Positions 24,368 through 36,062 of a stretch of DNA of 64,000 nt are shown here, piece by piece (position 1 is the stretch's first letter; every line of letters begins with the position of its first letter). Below the pieces are notes generated by a model. The model was not told the origin of the DNA. It saw only the letters and a list, made by a program, of their open reading frames with translations, and searched no databases. The DNA is taken from the NCBI GenBank assembly GCA_001662655.1, contig KV460210.1; one strand, written 5' to 3'. A program made the position numbers and the translations under genes. The stretch is from Pseudogymnoascus verrucosus. Lineage: Eukaryota.

Positions 24368-24463
24368 AACTGTTCATCAGTAAATGCTTCCGCTGTCCTC
24401 AAATCAATCCAAGTGGATGATATTGGGATTGGGTAACGGGATGGAAACATCATTTGAACAGTT
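24368..24463 (-). ncRNA. Box C/D-like RNA, array unit 3
   Basis: AACTGTTCA-a-ATGATGT...CCCAATATCATCCACTTGGATTGATTTGAGG...CTGA-TGAACAGTT. Confidence 0.7.
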
Positions 24464-24531
24464 CAATTCATATAAGCAAAAAGAAAAACAAGCAGGAATG
24501 AATGCAAGAAAAAAATATTTGAAGTAAATAA

Positions 24532-24633
24532 ATCGAACTGTTCGTCAGTGGGTGTTTCCTGTTGCCTCAAATCAATCCAAACAGATGATATTGGGATAGA
24601 GAGGGATTGATACCATCATAGGAACAGTTCGAT
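24532..24633 (-). ncRNA. Box C/D-like RNA, array unit 2
   Basis: 12-bp stem ATCGAACTGTTC/GAACAGTTCGAT, C box ATGATGG, central CCCAATATCATCTGTTTGGATTGATTTGAGG and D box CTGA. Confidence 0.7.
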
Positions 24634-24695
24634 GTATATACAATAAAAGAAAAAAAAAAACAAGAAGTAAATGGTGAAAGATCGGTGAAATAAAT

Positions 24696-24800
24696 AAATC
24701 AAACTGCTCATCAGCAATTTTTCAGGGTACCTCAAATCAATCCAAATGGATGATGTTGGGAACAAGTAGTAGTATTACCATCATCTGAACAGTTTGATTT
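24696..24800 (-). ncRNA. Box C/D-like RNA, array unit 1
   Basis: 15-bp stem AAATCAAACTGTTCA/TGAGCAGTTTGATTT (one U-G wobble on the minus strand), C box ATGATGG, central CCCAACATCATCCATTTGGATTGATTTGAGG and D box CTGA. Confidence 0.7.
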
Positions 24801-24841
24801 GTATGCAGCAAAAACAAAAGCAAAGAAAAGATTGGAAGAAG

Positions 24842-25057
24842 TGTGGAAGAGGAGCTGTGGAAGAAGAACTGCGGGAGATGAACTGTGGAAGAACAACTGC
24901 GGAAGAAGGTCTGGTGTAAATACACAAACCAAGATCAAAGCCAATGAAGGATAAGATCAAGGCAGGGTATGTACAAGAAGGCAGAAGAATTGTTGTGCAA
25001 TACACAAACCAAGATCGAAATCCAATGAAGGATAGACCGAGGAAAGGTATATGTAAG
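24842..25057. repeat. Leader repeats: five imperfect 14-bp units (TGYGGAAGAAGAAC, 24842-24909) and a degenerate duplication with 80-bp period (24919-25057)
   Basis: Seen directly; TACACAAACCAAGATC occurs at 24921 and 25001. Confidence 0.85.
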
Positions 25058-25170
25058 GAAAGAGGATAGAAGGTTCGACAGGACACCGCTTGGTGGCAGG
25101 ACAAAAGAAAGAAAGGAAATGAGGAACAAAAAAAGAGGAAGAAGAACAAGAAGAGGGGGGGGGGAGGGGG

Positions 25171-25178
25171 TATTTATA
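25171..25178 (-). promoter_or_regulatory. TATA box (TATAAATA) upstream of the C/D-like array
   Basis: Minus-strand GGTATAAATACCCC followed by a CT-rich tract typical of fungal Pol II promoters. No protein ORF of credible composition lies downstream. Confidence 0.55.
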
Positions 25179-26715
25179 CCCAGGTGGCTGATTTCGAAAT
25201 CGCTAAGCGCGCTGATATTCACTTTAAGCGCGACTCTCACGGCTTCATGTCATTGGACAGAAGCGAAAGGTGAAGGGCGGGCAAACACTGCAAACAATTG
25301 CTAGCTCCTGATAATTGTTGGAAGTTGTGGTTAGACCAGTAGCCTAGGGCCTCAGTTACTGAGACGTTGCGCGTTGAGGTGAGTTTCTGTCGCTGAAAGG
25401 GTGAATAGGGGAAATTTCGTGCTGACCAGCACAGACGGTGGGATATGTCAAGCTAAGGGTAATTTTGGAGATGCTACAGTGCAGTGTTTGCCATACTCGA
25501 GGTAGGAGCTCTATAGCCTTTACTTCATATTCTACAATAGATTCTTCTACACCATACAAGGAAATCACATACAAAACGAGGGTTTACATAAATAAAACAA
25601 ACCCGGCTAGTGGCCTCCAAGGCTCATATTCTTATTCATGACCTTGTCAAAACACACAAAGGTAACATAACCACATCAAATGCACATCGATATCTGAAGA
25701 AAATATATTAAATGGGAAGGACCAAGTTTATAGATCTATGAATGCGAGCCACCACCCCCGAATTACTTGGCAAGGTTTGCTATCTCTCCGCCTTAATGAT
25801 GTAGGCCCCGTCTACTATGGATGGCAGGTACAGGACGGAACACCAGCGCCACTACAATATCCAAGACCAAGATATCCCAGGATGAGGCCCACACTCTCTA
25901 TATCGAACCCAGAAACCCTAAATTGACTTATCCAGAAACCCATGTGCCAAGCAGGGTGATCAGCAGTGGTAGCACCAGAGTAATAAATACCCGTGGGAGA
26001 CGCGACCAGCCCAACTACCAACGCATACAACATGCGCATTCCAAACCAAACGTTGAAGCATATCGATATAGTAGCGTGTGTGCATAAATGCCACGCAGAG
26101 ATAGCCAACGAAATACTGATGGGTCCTCCTCGGCCGAGTCCGAGATGGTGGCTTCGGAGCGGAGCATTACTATATGCAGTATATCGCATCAAGCAACACT
26201 CCATATCGCGCTTCTCCTTCACAAAGGACCCCGTTCGGTTGGTACCGACAGGTTTAAAGCGCATCGCGGCATAGCTGAATGACGAACCTCACGCCATGAA
26301 ACCGCGCGGCAGCGTTCAGGTGGTGGTAAGAAGTCAGCGCACAATTTCTCAACAGCCGGCTATCGAGAGATCGGCTCTATGCGTTTCGACGCGCCCCCAT
26401 CGTCCGGACGGCTCATCCACGATTGCTCGCAAATAAGCCATCTTTCTTATGTCTGCCTGCCTGATGACAGTATTGAGTTCTGGACATATTGGTGCCTTTT
26501 AACGTGATGCCCAGCACTAGCGGATTCAAGTGATTATTTTCTCTTGGACACTTGTAGTAGTTTGTGCCATATTAACAGAAAATGCGTGCTTCCCTCGTCC
26601 GACCCGCAATGGAACGATGTCCATCTAAAAAAGCGACTTACTTTGTAGGCTTTTTGCCTTATACTAAAGTCTGTTCTAGACGGGTTGCGGTTGTCGTACA
26701 ACATCCCTGAAGGCT

Positions 26716-29364
26716 TCAGCCTACAAATTCGCCACTTGCAAGCATTTCCCAGGGCTTGCCAGTATCCCAAACGTTTTGGATCAGGTTCCGTGCCTTTCTA
26801 ACCTTTGATGGAGTTTAGTAGTTGCTATTGTTACGGGATGGTTGTCATTCTTACCTGGCTCATCCCAATGCCTTCGACATTTCTCATCCTCTCCATTATA
26901 AAGCTCCGTTCCTCCGCATCCTGTGCATCGCACCCAGCACTAAACATGGGGAAAAGTAGGCATGCTTCTGCTGCAGACGCCTTTCTTACCCTGTGAAGAA
27001 GGCTAACAATCTCCCGCACTGCGGTTTGGACATCTTTGTCGGTCGATGGCTTGCCCAAAACCCGACGGTGCAAATGAATAAGACCAGCCCAGTGATATGC
27101 TTCATTTGTGGCAGCCATTTCGCGGCTATCCCACTGATATGTCTCTTCTTCTGACGAGTGTAGATGCGGACAATGCTGAATTAAAGAGCTAGTCCTTGCA
27201 TGTTCGAGATCTTCGAGTAGCTGTTCGGCTTGTTGTCTGACATCGTCTGCTGGTTGCCACCCGAGCCGTTCATTGCAGGTATCGTCGAAGCGCCTAGGAG
27301 CACACAGTGCAGCAAGATCTGCAATCTTGGATAAAATGGATGCGCATCGGCTTGTAAAACCAAGAAGACAGACGATCTGAAGACCATGCTCTCCTTCACT
27401 GTCATAAGCTACCAGACCCTCTGTTATGGACAGGAAGTTTTTATGTCCACCAGTAAGCCTACCCAGAACGCCGAGGTAGGCAAACCACCTTAATAGAAAG
27501 CCAAAGGTAGCTGAAATTTCACTGTTGGGGTTCGCTTCTCCTCGAGCAACAATCAGCTGCCTTGCTACAGTTAGATGTTGCTGCCACGGAATTTCGACCC
27601 CGAAGGCCTTGGGGCATATGATCTCGAGAGAGGCCAACATTATGGCCCCCGCAAGACATGAGTCAGTAACGATTTTCTTAGGATCGTCGATGGCGTCGCG
27701 GAGATACGAAAAGAACCCCTGGACCCATAGAGAAATTCTTGTTATTGGTTCTCGGTGGTTCAGGAGCCGAGCCCGGTGAGATGCAGAGTATGCCAGCACC
27801 AACTTCATCAAATGACTGCACTGCAGTGCCATTTGTGGCAAAATCTTTTGGAATGGATTTGAGCTACAATGGTGAGGAACGAGAAGTCTAACAAATTAGC
27901 TTGATTCCAGATGCGAGTATAGTAGTACTCACGTCGCAGTATGTGAAATAAAATGGTGGAAATAAAGGACATTCATTGGGTTCTCTTGTAGTATCGGCGG
28001 CAAAGGGTGGAATGATCGAGGAATTTTGACCCAGACCGGACTGATGGCATTAGTTTTGCGCTTTTGCATGGACATGGAGGTTTACCTTTCATAGTAACCG
28101 CCCTTTTCGAAGGCAGCCACTTTCGTTTGCTGGCCAAAACTAAAATCAAGATTGCTATATTCTTTCGAGATGGCATTTGCATCATCGTTCTTTCCAATAT
28201 CCAAATCTCTGAGCCCTTTGTCAACTCCCAAAGTAATAATGTCATCACGCGGATCTCCATATGGAAGAGGCGTTTGCTCTCTGCTAGTGGAGCCAGCAGT
28301 GCCCATGGCATTTGACATCCCAGGGGGACCAGAGAGCAGAGAGTCAATGGAAAGTCTTCGCCATTCGGACAGATGACTACCATTGGATGTGAGTGGCGCA
28401 AGCTTAACGGAGAGGCTTCGCTGCCCATCGTCACTTTGAGACGATGTTGACATTGGCGCGAAGGGCTGGCTAAAATGAATTCCGGTATTATAACGAGACG
28501 ACGAAGGGATGGGAAGTGCCATCTCTGTGAACCGAGAGTGGATTTCACTACTGGATGGCCCATAGCGGATCCGTTTCGAGGACCGTGTATCGCCTGCAAA
28601 ATCCACAAATGAGCTGCCCGTTGGACTTTCCATACCTGATTCCGAAGGTGATTTTATGCCATGCTCATCACGATATCTCTCATAGCTCTGCTCGAATGGT
28701 TGGGTATATAACGAGTTCAGAGACCCGTATTGAAATGGCGGAGATGCGCAAGGTTGCTGAGCATCCTGACCCGTTAATACGGGATCTATGGATATGATGT
28801 CTGTGGGTGGCTCCTTGATAGAGTCCAAACTTGGCGGTTCCATACCCCATGTTGCCAGCTTTGGGACGGTAGTATTCGAAGCCTTCTCAGTGCGGCGGTA
28901 TGAGTCGGTATGAGTCGGTACCTGGTCTGCAACATGCTCTCGGCTTGATGGTCGTGTGCCATAATATGTTCCGCTCAGCGGAGAGATGGACGCTTCGACT
29001 TTTACGGCCTCTTTCGGAGAGACGTCAAAATCAGCAGAGAGTGTATTGACATGGAAAATCGTCTGTCTCCCGCCTGTCGTCTCAGCCTTCCTCTTCCCTC
29101 TCCCATCCCAGTTCAACCGCACGCTATAGTCGCACACCTCATTCTGTCGCTGGCAACTGAGACATGTCGGGTGCGCCTCGTCGCACTTAACTTTTCGAGC
29201 TTTGCAGGGCCTAGGCAGAGATGGTCAGCGGCCATCACTTGCATTTAAAAGGTGACACGCGCAACCTCGCTGACTCAGCACGAAACAACGAATAGAACGT
29301 ACCAGCAACCATTTCTGCTGCGCTTCTTGGGCTCTGGCGCCCCAGGTTTCTTTGGGCGTGGCAT
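26716..29364 (-). CDS. Zn(II)2Cys6 transcription factor with Fungal_trans_2 domain; 5 exons
   Basis: MPRPKKPGAPEPKKRSRNGCW|PCKARKVKCDEAHPTCLSCQRQNEVC, then NPFQKILPQMAL and LLFPMFSAGC; last exon ends GEFVG*. Confidence 0.9.
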
Positions 29365-29831
29365 AGAAAGCTAGCCTTGAGGGTGAGGCGAGGAAGTTTG
29401 CGAATATGGGGTGGTTGTCAGAGCCTTGTGGCTATAGGAAAGCATGGGCATCACTACTAGTTGGCGCCTAGGATCCACTTGGCCGTGGTAGCTTTTGTCC
29501 GCCTGTAAACTGGCTCTGAACTACCGCGCCGCCATCATATTTAGTATTCGAATGGCTCTCCCAAAAACAATAGTCGTATCATAAATCATATCAGTGAGCG
29601 GCTTGTCAGCAGTCCATGTCCATGGTGCCAAAGTTAGTTCAAAACTTGGGGTATTAGCGGGGCAGCGCCGGCTTATCGGAGATAGATGATGGATAAGAAC
29701 CTGAGAAAAAAGGCGGGGAGATTTCAGTCGCGTGTGGGTTTATGGTTCACAACAAACGTCCGATTTGAGCAAGGGGTATCATATTTCAATATTTATGGAG
29801 GCTATAGTTCTATGCGTCCTCGCAGGAATGC

Positions 29832-31829
29832 CTATGTTATCGAGATGTTAATGATCTTGATGTCCTCTTCAGGCTTTTCTTTGTGCACTTTTGTGTTTTC
29901 GATCTTGTGAACAACATCCAAGCCCTGGATAGCTCTCCCAAAAATCGTGTGCTTGTTGTCTAACCAAGGCTATCCACGTGTCAGTTTTGCAATATACAGT
30001 ACGGTTTTGATTTTCACTTACAGTCTTTTCAGTCGTGATGAAGAACTGGCTTCCGTTTGTATTGGGCCCAGCATTTGCCATACTCAGGGTGTAGGGCTTG
30101 TCATGCCTCAAAGTGCTGAACTCGTCCTCGAATTCTTTTCCCCAGATACTCTCACCCCCGGTTCCATCACCGAGTGGATCTCCACACTGGATCATGAAGC
30201 GACGTATGACTCTGTGGAAAATAGTGTTGTTGTAGTAGCCGCGCTTTGAATGTGTAACGAAGTTCTCCACGGCTTTAGGTGCGGCGTCTGGGAACAGTCG
30301 GACGTGGATATCGCCATATGTAGTATGAATAACGGCGCTCGTTCCAGTCTCTGCCACCTTCTTTTCGACTGCCTTAAGCGCATTGAGATTCGTTGGCTTC
30401 TCGTTTTGAACATCTCGTTCAGATTTGGATATCTCTTCGTCATTGCTAAACATGTAGAACCTCTGCTTCCCGACGCCGGTCTCGATGAGTATGGGATCCC
30501 GAACTTCTGATTCTTGCAGCAGCGGATTGTTGGAAGCGGCCATCGCGATAGTAGTAACGCCTTTCTTCTGGGGTTGTCCTTGGTATGTTGCAAGGTTCAA
30601 AGCTCTAAAGTTCTCATCCTGGCCATATACCTTGACCACACGATTCGTGTAGGTATTGATGACCTTGGTGCCAAGTATCGACCCATACAGTATGAAATGG
30701 CCGCTCTCATCAAAGACCACGTTGACCTTGTTTCTTAATAACGGAGTATCAATCTCTCTTTCTGTAGCAAGCCTTCGGTTGAACTCGACATCTTCTAGTT
30801 TCTGCAACGCAGTACCGGCTTGCTGCATCTCTTCGATAGTCTGTATCGATTCATCATACGTTCGGTGCAGCTTTCCTGACGGAAAATCGAAAACTCGAAT
30901 CTTGCGGTCTGGGAATGATATTGTTGCAAACTGTGAACCGGTGGGAGAGACTGTAATAGAGGCCGGTACAGACTTTGCTTTCTTAAATTCAAAGAGGTCC
31001 GTGGAACTCTTGTATTCGAAGACGTTATCTGGCTTCTCATAGTTGCCGCCGGGTCTCCAGTACTCGAGCATGCCACTCTCATCTGCCGACACAACGCAGT
31101 TGTAAACATTGTTAAATGCCATTAGTGAGATAACGCTTCTATGGAGCCCTTTCACCGTATGGATCGGCTCCAGGTTGTCGCCCCTTCCGTCGTAAATTCG
31201 TATGGAGTGGTTGACCTCGTCCGATACCGCTAGCAGAGGTAATGAAGCGCCGCGCTGATGGACCCAACAAACGCATTTTGGCGTAAACTCCACAGTGAGC
31301 ATAGTCAATAGATCGAATGTGATCACATCGAATATCTTGATTGTCTTGTCCGCGCCAGCTGTTGCGAAACTCCTGCCATCTGCGCTCACTGAAACGCTTT
31401 TAATCTCGCCATTGTGCGCGCGAAACTCCTTCACAAACTCAACGCCTTCATTGCCTTTCTTCCAGAACTTAACATAGCCGTCGATGGAGCTGGTGATCAG
31501 GAAATCGGTGAGTGGTGTCATCGTAACGAAGGCTACCTGCTCCTTGTGCATGAGGGACTTCGAGTACCGTGCCGAAGTAGGCAGTGCTGCGACGTAGAGC
31601 TTCTCGTAAGGGAGAACCCGTCTCTTCTTCTTGGGTGCTGCTGAGGGCAATTGGGGGCCCATGTCATCGTCCGAAGATTCTGTACAATGTTAGCTATCGT
31701 GGGCATTGCATGTCACACTTGAAGCTCACCATCTTCTTCGGCGCCGGCAGGCCCTCCTTTCGGAGAGTCATTCACAGCATTAGACTCATTGTATGGCCTC
31801 TTATTCGAGACCTGCGCGTTTGAACTCAT
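29832..31829 (-). CDS. cyp15: WD40 plus cyclophilin PPIase (PPWD1/Cyp15 spliceosomal cyclophilin); 3 exons
   Basis: YSKSLMH and WD repeats, then the cyclophilin motifs FHRVIRRFMIQCGDP, LSMANAGPNTNGSQFFIT and WLDNKHTIFG. Confidence 0.93.
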
Positions 31830-32189
31830 GGTTAATCCTTGAGGTCAGGATTAGCAGAGGACGACTTGATGAGGCTGAAAATAGTTTTGGGTCGCGTCCT
31901 GTATGTAGCTGTAGCCTCACATCTTTGGATCGGTGGAAACGTTATTCCGAGACCGAACTGACCCTGGCCGATTTTCAACAAGGGCAAGGCTGAGGGACCC
32001 CATAAAAGCGAACGCCACTAACACCCCTGGACCTCGGGCGCGCCTGTCGTTTGGACATGTGCCGGATGCAGCTTATAGTATGTATTTAGTTGAGACTACA
32101 TATATCCAGGGAGTCTCTCCCTGGTCCGTTTACTTCACGATTATAAAATAAACGGTATAAAACTTCGAGCTTTTTGGACCAACGCAATC

Positions 32190-32991
32190 ATGGCAAAGTC
32201 AAAGTCTCCAATCTCTGCTTCGCGCAAGCATCCGCTCCAGCGCTTTGAGTCGCCATCCCGCGCGATATCATTTTTCTTGCACGCTCTGGGTCTCTGCTCT
32301 TTCTCTGGATCCTTCTGGTACATGATCAACTTCCCAACACAGATGAACCAGGCCTATGGCTGGCATTACCAGTATCTGACAATTATTGGACTCCTCGTGT
32401 CTACCATCACCTTCGGTTTTGGTCTTCTGGCCGATATCACCCTGTCGCACCGCCTCTTTAACATCAAGAACAGTCTGTCTCTGTGGTGCGCCCCGCTTGA
32501 GGTTCTGATCACGATTCTGTACTGGACCATCTCGGCCATCGACAGAGAGCTCGTTATCCCCCCGGAGATCAACCTGGACCCATATGCGGATATCAGCTTC
32601 CATTTCATGCCCAGCTTGTTGTTGGTCTTGGATCTCTTGCTTCTAAGCCCGCCCTACACCATCAAGAACCTCCCAGCGGCGGGTCTGAGCACTGCTCTGG
32701 CATTCACTTACTGGGCATGGATCGAGCATTGCTTCACTCACAACGGCTTGTAAGCGCCCTCGACCCCTAGCTAAATGCTATAATATGTTGCGCCGTTATG
32801 GTTCTAATGTTACTAGCTACCCATACCCCCTCTTTGACATTTTGTCGACCACCCACAGAGCGATTCTCTTTGGTAGCTCTGCATTGCTGATGACTGGGAG
32901 CACCATCCTCCTGAAATGGTTGTATGCAAAGATCAATGGAGTGGAAACTGGCAACAAGCGCACTACTCCTGCCAATATCAAGGGGGAATAA
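32190..32991 (+). CDS. FAR-17a/AIG1-like integral membrane protein; 2 exons
   Basis: GWHYQYLTIIGL, LYW, DISFHFMP and YPYPLF motifs with multiple transmembrane segments. Confidence 0.85.
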
Positions 32992-33346
32992 TTCACCTTT
33001 TTTTGCCCAGTCGCATGTGATAGGCCGCTTCATGCTATTAGGTTACCATTTAACGAAGGCAGCAATGATCTGCTCCCAAACGAAATTATGGAGGAATGAC
33101 TTAGACGTATCAAAATATCATTTGCAATTGGCTCCAATTTATCAGGCACGATTTGAATATGACGGAAATACCGCCAAACCATTAACTAAAAAAACTAATC
33201 TTTCGTTCATTTATTCTTTTGACCTATTGCCAGCGTGTACCATCCAACCCGGATACACCGATCAGAATGAGGATACCCTCTAGATCTCATGAGCTACTCC
33301 ATACATATGCAGAGAAGGAAATAATAAGCGTGAGGTCGTGACGTTC

Positions 33347-35682
33347 TCAAGCAATGATCTCCTCCGTCTCCTCGACGATCTCCTCAACGATCTCCTCAAT
33401 AACCTGGTCCTCGCCCTCATCAGTCTGCTTGATCAGGCCCTCTAGAGGATCCTCTGGCAAGCCCAACTCTCTGCGCTCAGCCAGAACCTCCTCCACAACC
33501 ATCTCTCTCCATGCGAGCCACTCGTCAAGGAGGTTACGCCTGTGCTCAACGACGGCCAAGTCGGCGGACGCGCCGCGATCAGCATCTTCTTGGTCGAAGA
33601 CCTTGCTGTACTCGCGGAGGTTCTTGCGGATCGCCTTTTGCTCGTCCTTCGTAAGGAGGGATGCTGGGCGGGGGCGCCAGAGCCATTGCTTGAACTTCTC
33701 AACTGGCTCTTCGCGTAATTGCTCGCCCTTGAAATCGTACAAGTGGTAACCGTTCTCCATCTACGAAGTAGTCAGTATAATGTCATCAGTGAGGAATAGT
33801 CAAACTTACAGTGTGTTTCCATACACTTGCGCTTGTGGCAACATAACGTCCGGTAGGGTCCCAGTCAATGTCAGTGACACCGAAATGGTCGGCAGTGTTC
33901 ATAAGCATAAGGTTGGCAGTCAAATCCTTCTCGGCCTCTGGCTTCTCGCCGTCAAAGTCCATATCGTAGAACTCAAGGTCGAAGCTTTGTTGCGAGTGGA
34001 CAGTCGCGACAATAACGAAACGTCCCTTTGGCGACCAGTAGATGGCGTTGCTGTTCTTTTTGTCGTATGTCCTAAGGTGCTTGAAGTTTCCGACGGCAGC
34101 GCCACCCTTGACCTTCTCGGGGCAGAAGAAAGAGACGGATGTCTTTGGGGGGACGGCAGTAGCGGCGACAACCTCAGCAGTGGTGATAGCAACGAACCTG
34201 TCACCCTTGGGCTCCCAAGCAAAGTTGATAACAGTGTCCTTGATCGAGTCAACGACCTCAACCGGGACTCCCTTCTCCTTCACGCGGAAAATCTCGAGAC
34301 TGGTAGCGAGGGACTTCTTGGACTTGGAGTGACGGTCAACCTTAACGCAGAGGTATGCACCCTCTGATTGCCAGTGGAGCTTGGCATCCGTGACACTGAA
34401 GAGATTCAACGTCCTGACAACCTCTTTCGATGGAACGCTCATCAGTCCAACCTTGGCAGGGTTGCTGCCAATTTCCGGAGTCCAGTAGCAGAACAGCTGC
34501 TCGTAAGTCTTAACACCATCGCGAATAACAGTTGCAGGTGCCCAATCGAAGTCGACAACACCATCGATCTTGATCGAGGTCTTATCAAGAAGACCCATCC
34601 TTGGTAGCTCGTAGACGGAGATGGATGTGCCCTGGTTTAGCCTGGCGACGTACTGGTCGTCCGAGGACCACTTGAAAGCCGGCCACTGCACCTTGCGCTT
34701 GACGGGCTGTCCGGCCTCATCTAACGATGCACCGGGAACGTCCAGGTTTGCGAAAGAACGAAGCGGCTTGCCGGTCTCAATATCCCAAATAACGTAGTTC
34801 TTTCCATCGTCGTCCATAGACAGAGCTGGGTGACCTTCCTCTGGAATGGAGATCGGCTTGTTGGACCAGGTGGTGAGGTACTTCTCTCCAGGAGAGAAGT
34901 CAACCAAGTTGACGAAGGGATGGGGGAATCGCTTCATGCGAGTCCAGGATGGGCCACCCCAAAGTTGAACACCCTGCATGTGAACGGACGTGAAGAACGT
35001 GCCTAGCGGCGACCACTGTACGAAGGTCTCGGTCCAGTGGGCACGGTCAACGATGTTCTCGGGGGCATCCCTCTCGTTGTTCCAGAAAACGCCAACGTTA
35101 TCACCCCTGAACATAACGAACTGGTCACGGCCACGTCCAGCAGGATCCGCGAGCCAGGAGCGGAGGTGCTCCTTCTCTGCGAACGGCTCGATTCTCGGTG
35201 GTGTGAAATCCTCGGGGACGGCTCCCTCGCGGCCGTAGCGCTCGATATCCGTAAGCTTGTTCACGCGCATCGTGTGCTTCTTATCAATAGCGACGCCATC
35301 AAGAGACTTGACTGCCGCGGCGGCCTCGGCTGGGGAAGCGTATTCGACGAACGCGAATCTACTGCCGTTAGCACCTGGGCCAGACTGTACAAGTTGGCCT
35401 TTCAACATACCCATCAGTTTGTCCACTCTCGCCAACTGGCATGAATACCAACTCCTCCTTTGTCTTTCCAACGGAGTTGAGCTTTCTTAACAAGAACTTA
35501 ATCAGCTTTGGCTTCGTCTCCTCGGTAACTTTAGGCAGTCCATCCACACAGACGAAAGTATCGAGTCCCTGCTGAAGCTGAACCTCGAATTTCTCTCTCA
35601 GGTCGGAAAAGTCGAGTTCCTCCTCGTCATCGTACTCCTCCTCCTCCTCCGGATCCGGAAGGTGATCAAAGGACGGCGCCAT
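33347..35682 (-). CDS. PRT1: Translation initiation factor eIF3 subunit b; 3 exons
   Basis: RRM (VDGLP...FAFVEY), beta-propeller motifs (WSPLGT, WTPE...NPA, WDPTGRY) and WRPRP...IRKNLREYS. Confidence 0.96.
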
Positions 35683-36062
35683 GATTGCGGTTGCTTCGCT
35701 GTTCGGTGCTGAACCCCTCAGTGTATAGTGGGCGTGTTTCGATTTGTGCGATATCCTTTTGGGGGGCTTTTGAGCCTGGTTAGTGCGAGAACAACGAGAA
35801 TAATATAGTATATATATGTGGGCATCGGCTTACTTGATGGGCTGGAGGATTTGCTGCGAGTTGGCTTCAGTGCTGTAATAGTATACCTTGTCGTCGCAAA
35901 TGTTAGGATTCTAGCTGAATATTTGATCGCGATGTGCGTGGGGCTCGCGCTAATTTTCGAAATTCGCTACGGTGGCCGATTAGGCGTGAAGCGCGTTCTG
36001 AAAAAGTAGCCCGCGCGTATAAACACTTTGAAATTGGTATAGGAGAGGTATAATCATTCACA

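Noticed and set aside
23595..24800. CRISPR array interpretation of the repeat-spacer pattern
   Set aside because: The genome is eukaryotic with no cas genes. Repeats alternate between two types, carry C/D boxes, and are separated by U-rich linkers.
23835..25304. Short ORFs overlapping the array and its leader
   Set aside because: They are low-complexity F/L/S-rich translations of U-rich linkers, and no reading frame is conserved between repeat units.
25738..26282. ORFs between the array promoter and the Zn2Cys6 gene as a possible effector for the array
   Set aside because: Short, with no recognisable domain, no Nop-like motif and no convincing intron structure.
28082..28100. Apparent frameshift in the Zn2Cys6 gene
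   Set aside because: Explained by a GTAAAC...CTAAT...CAG intron.
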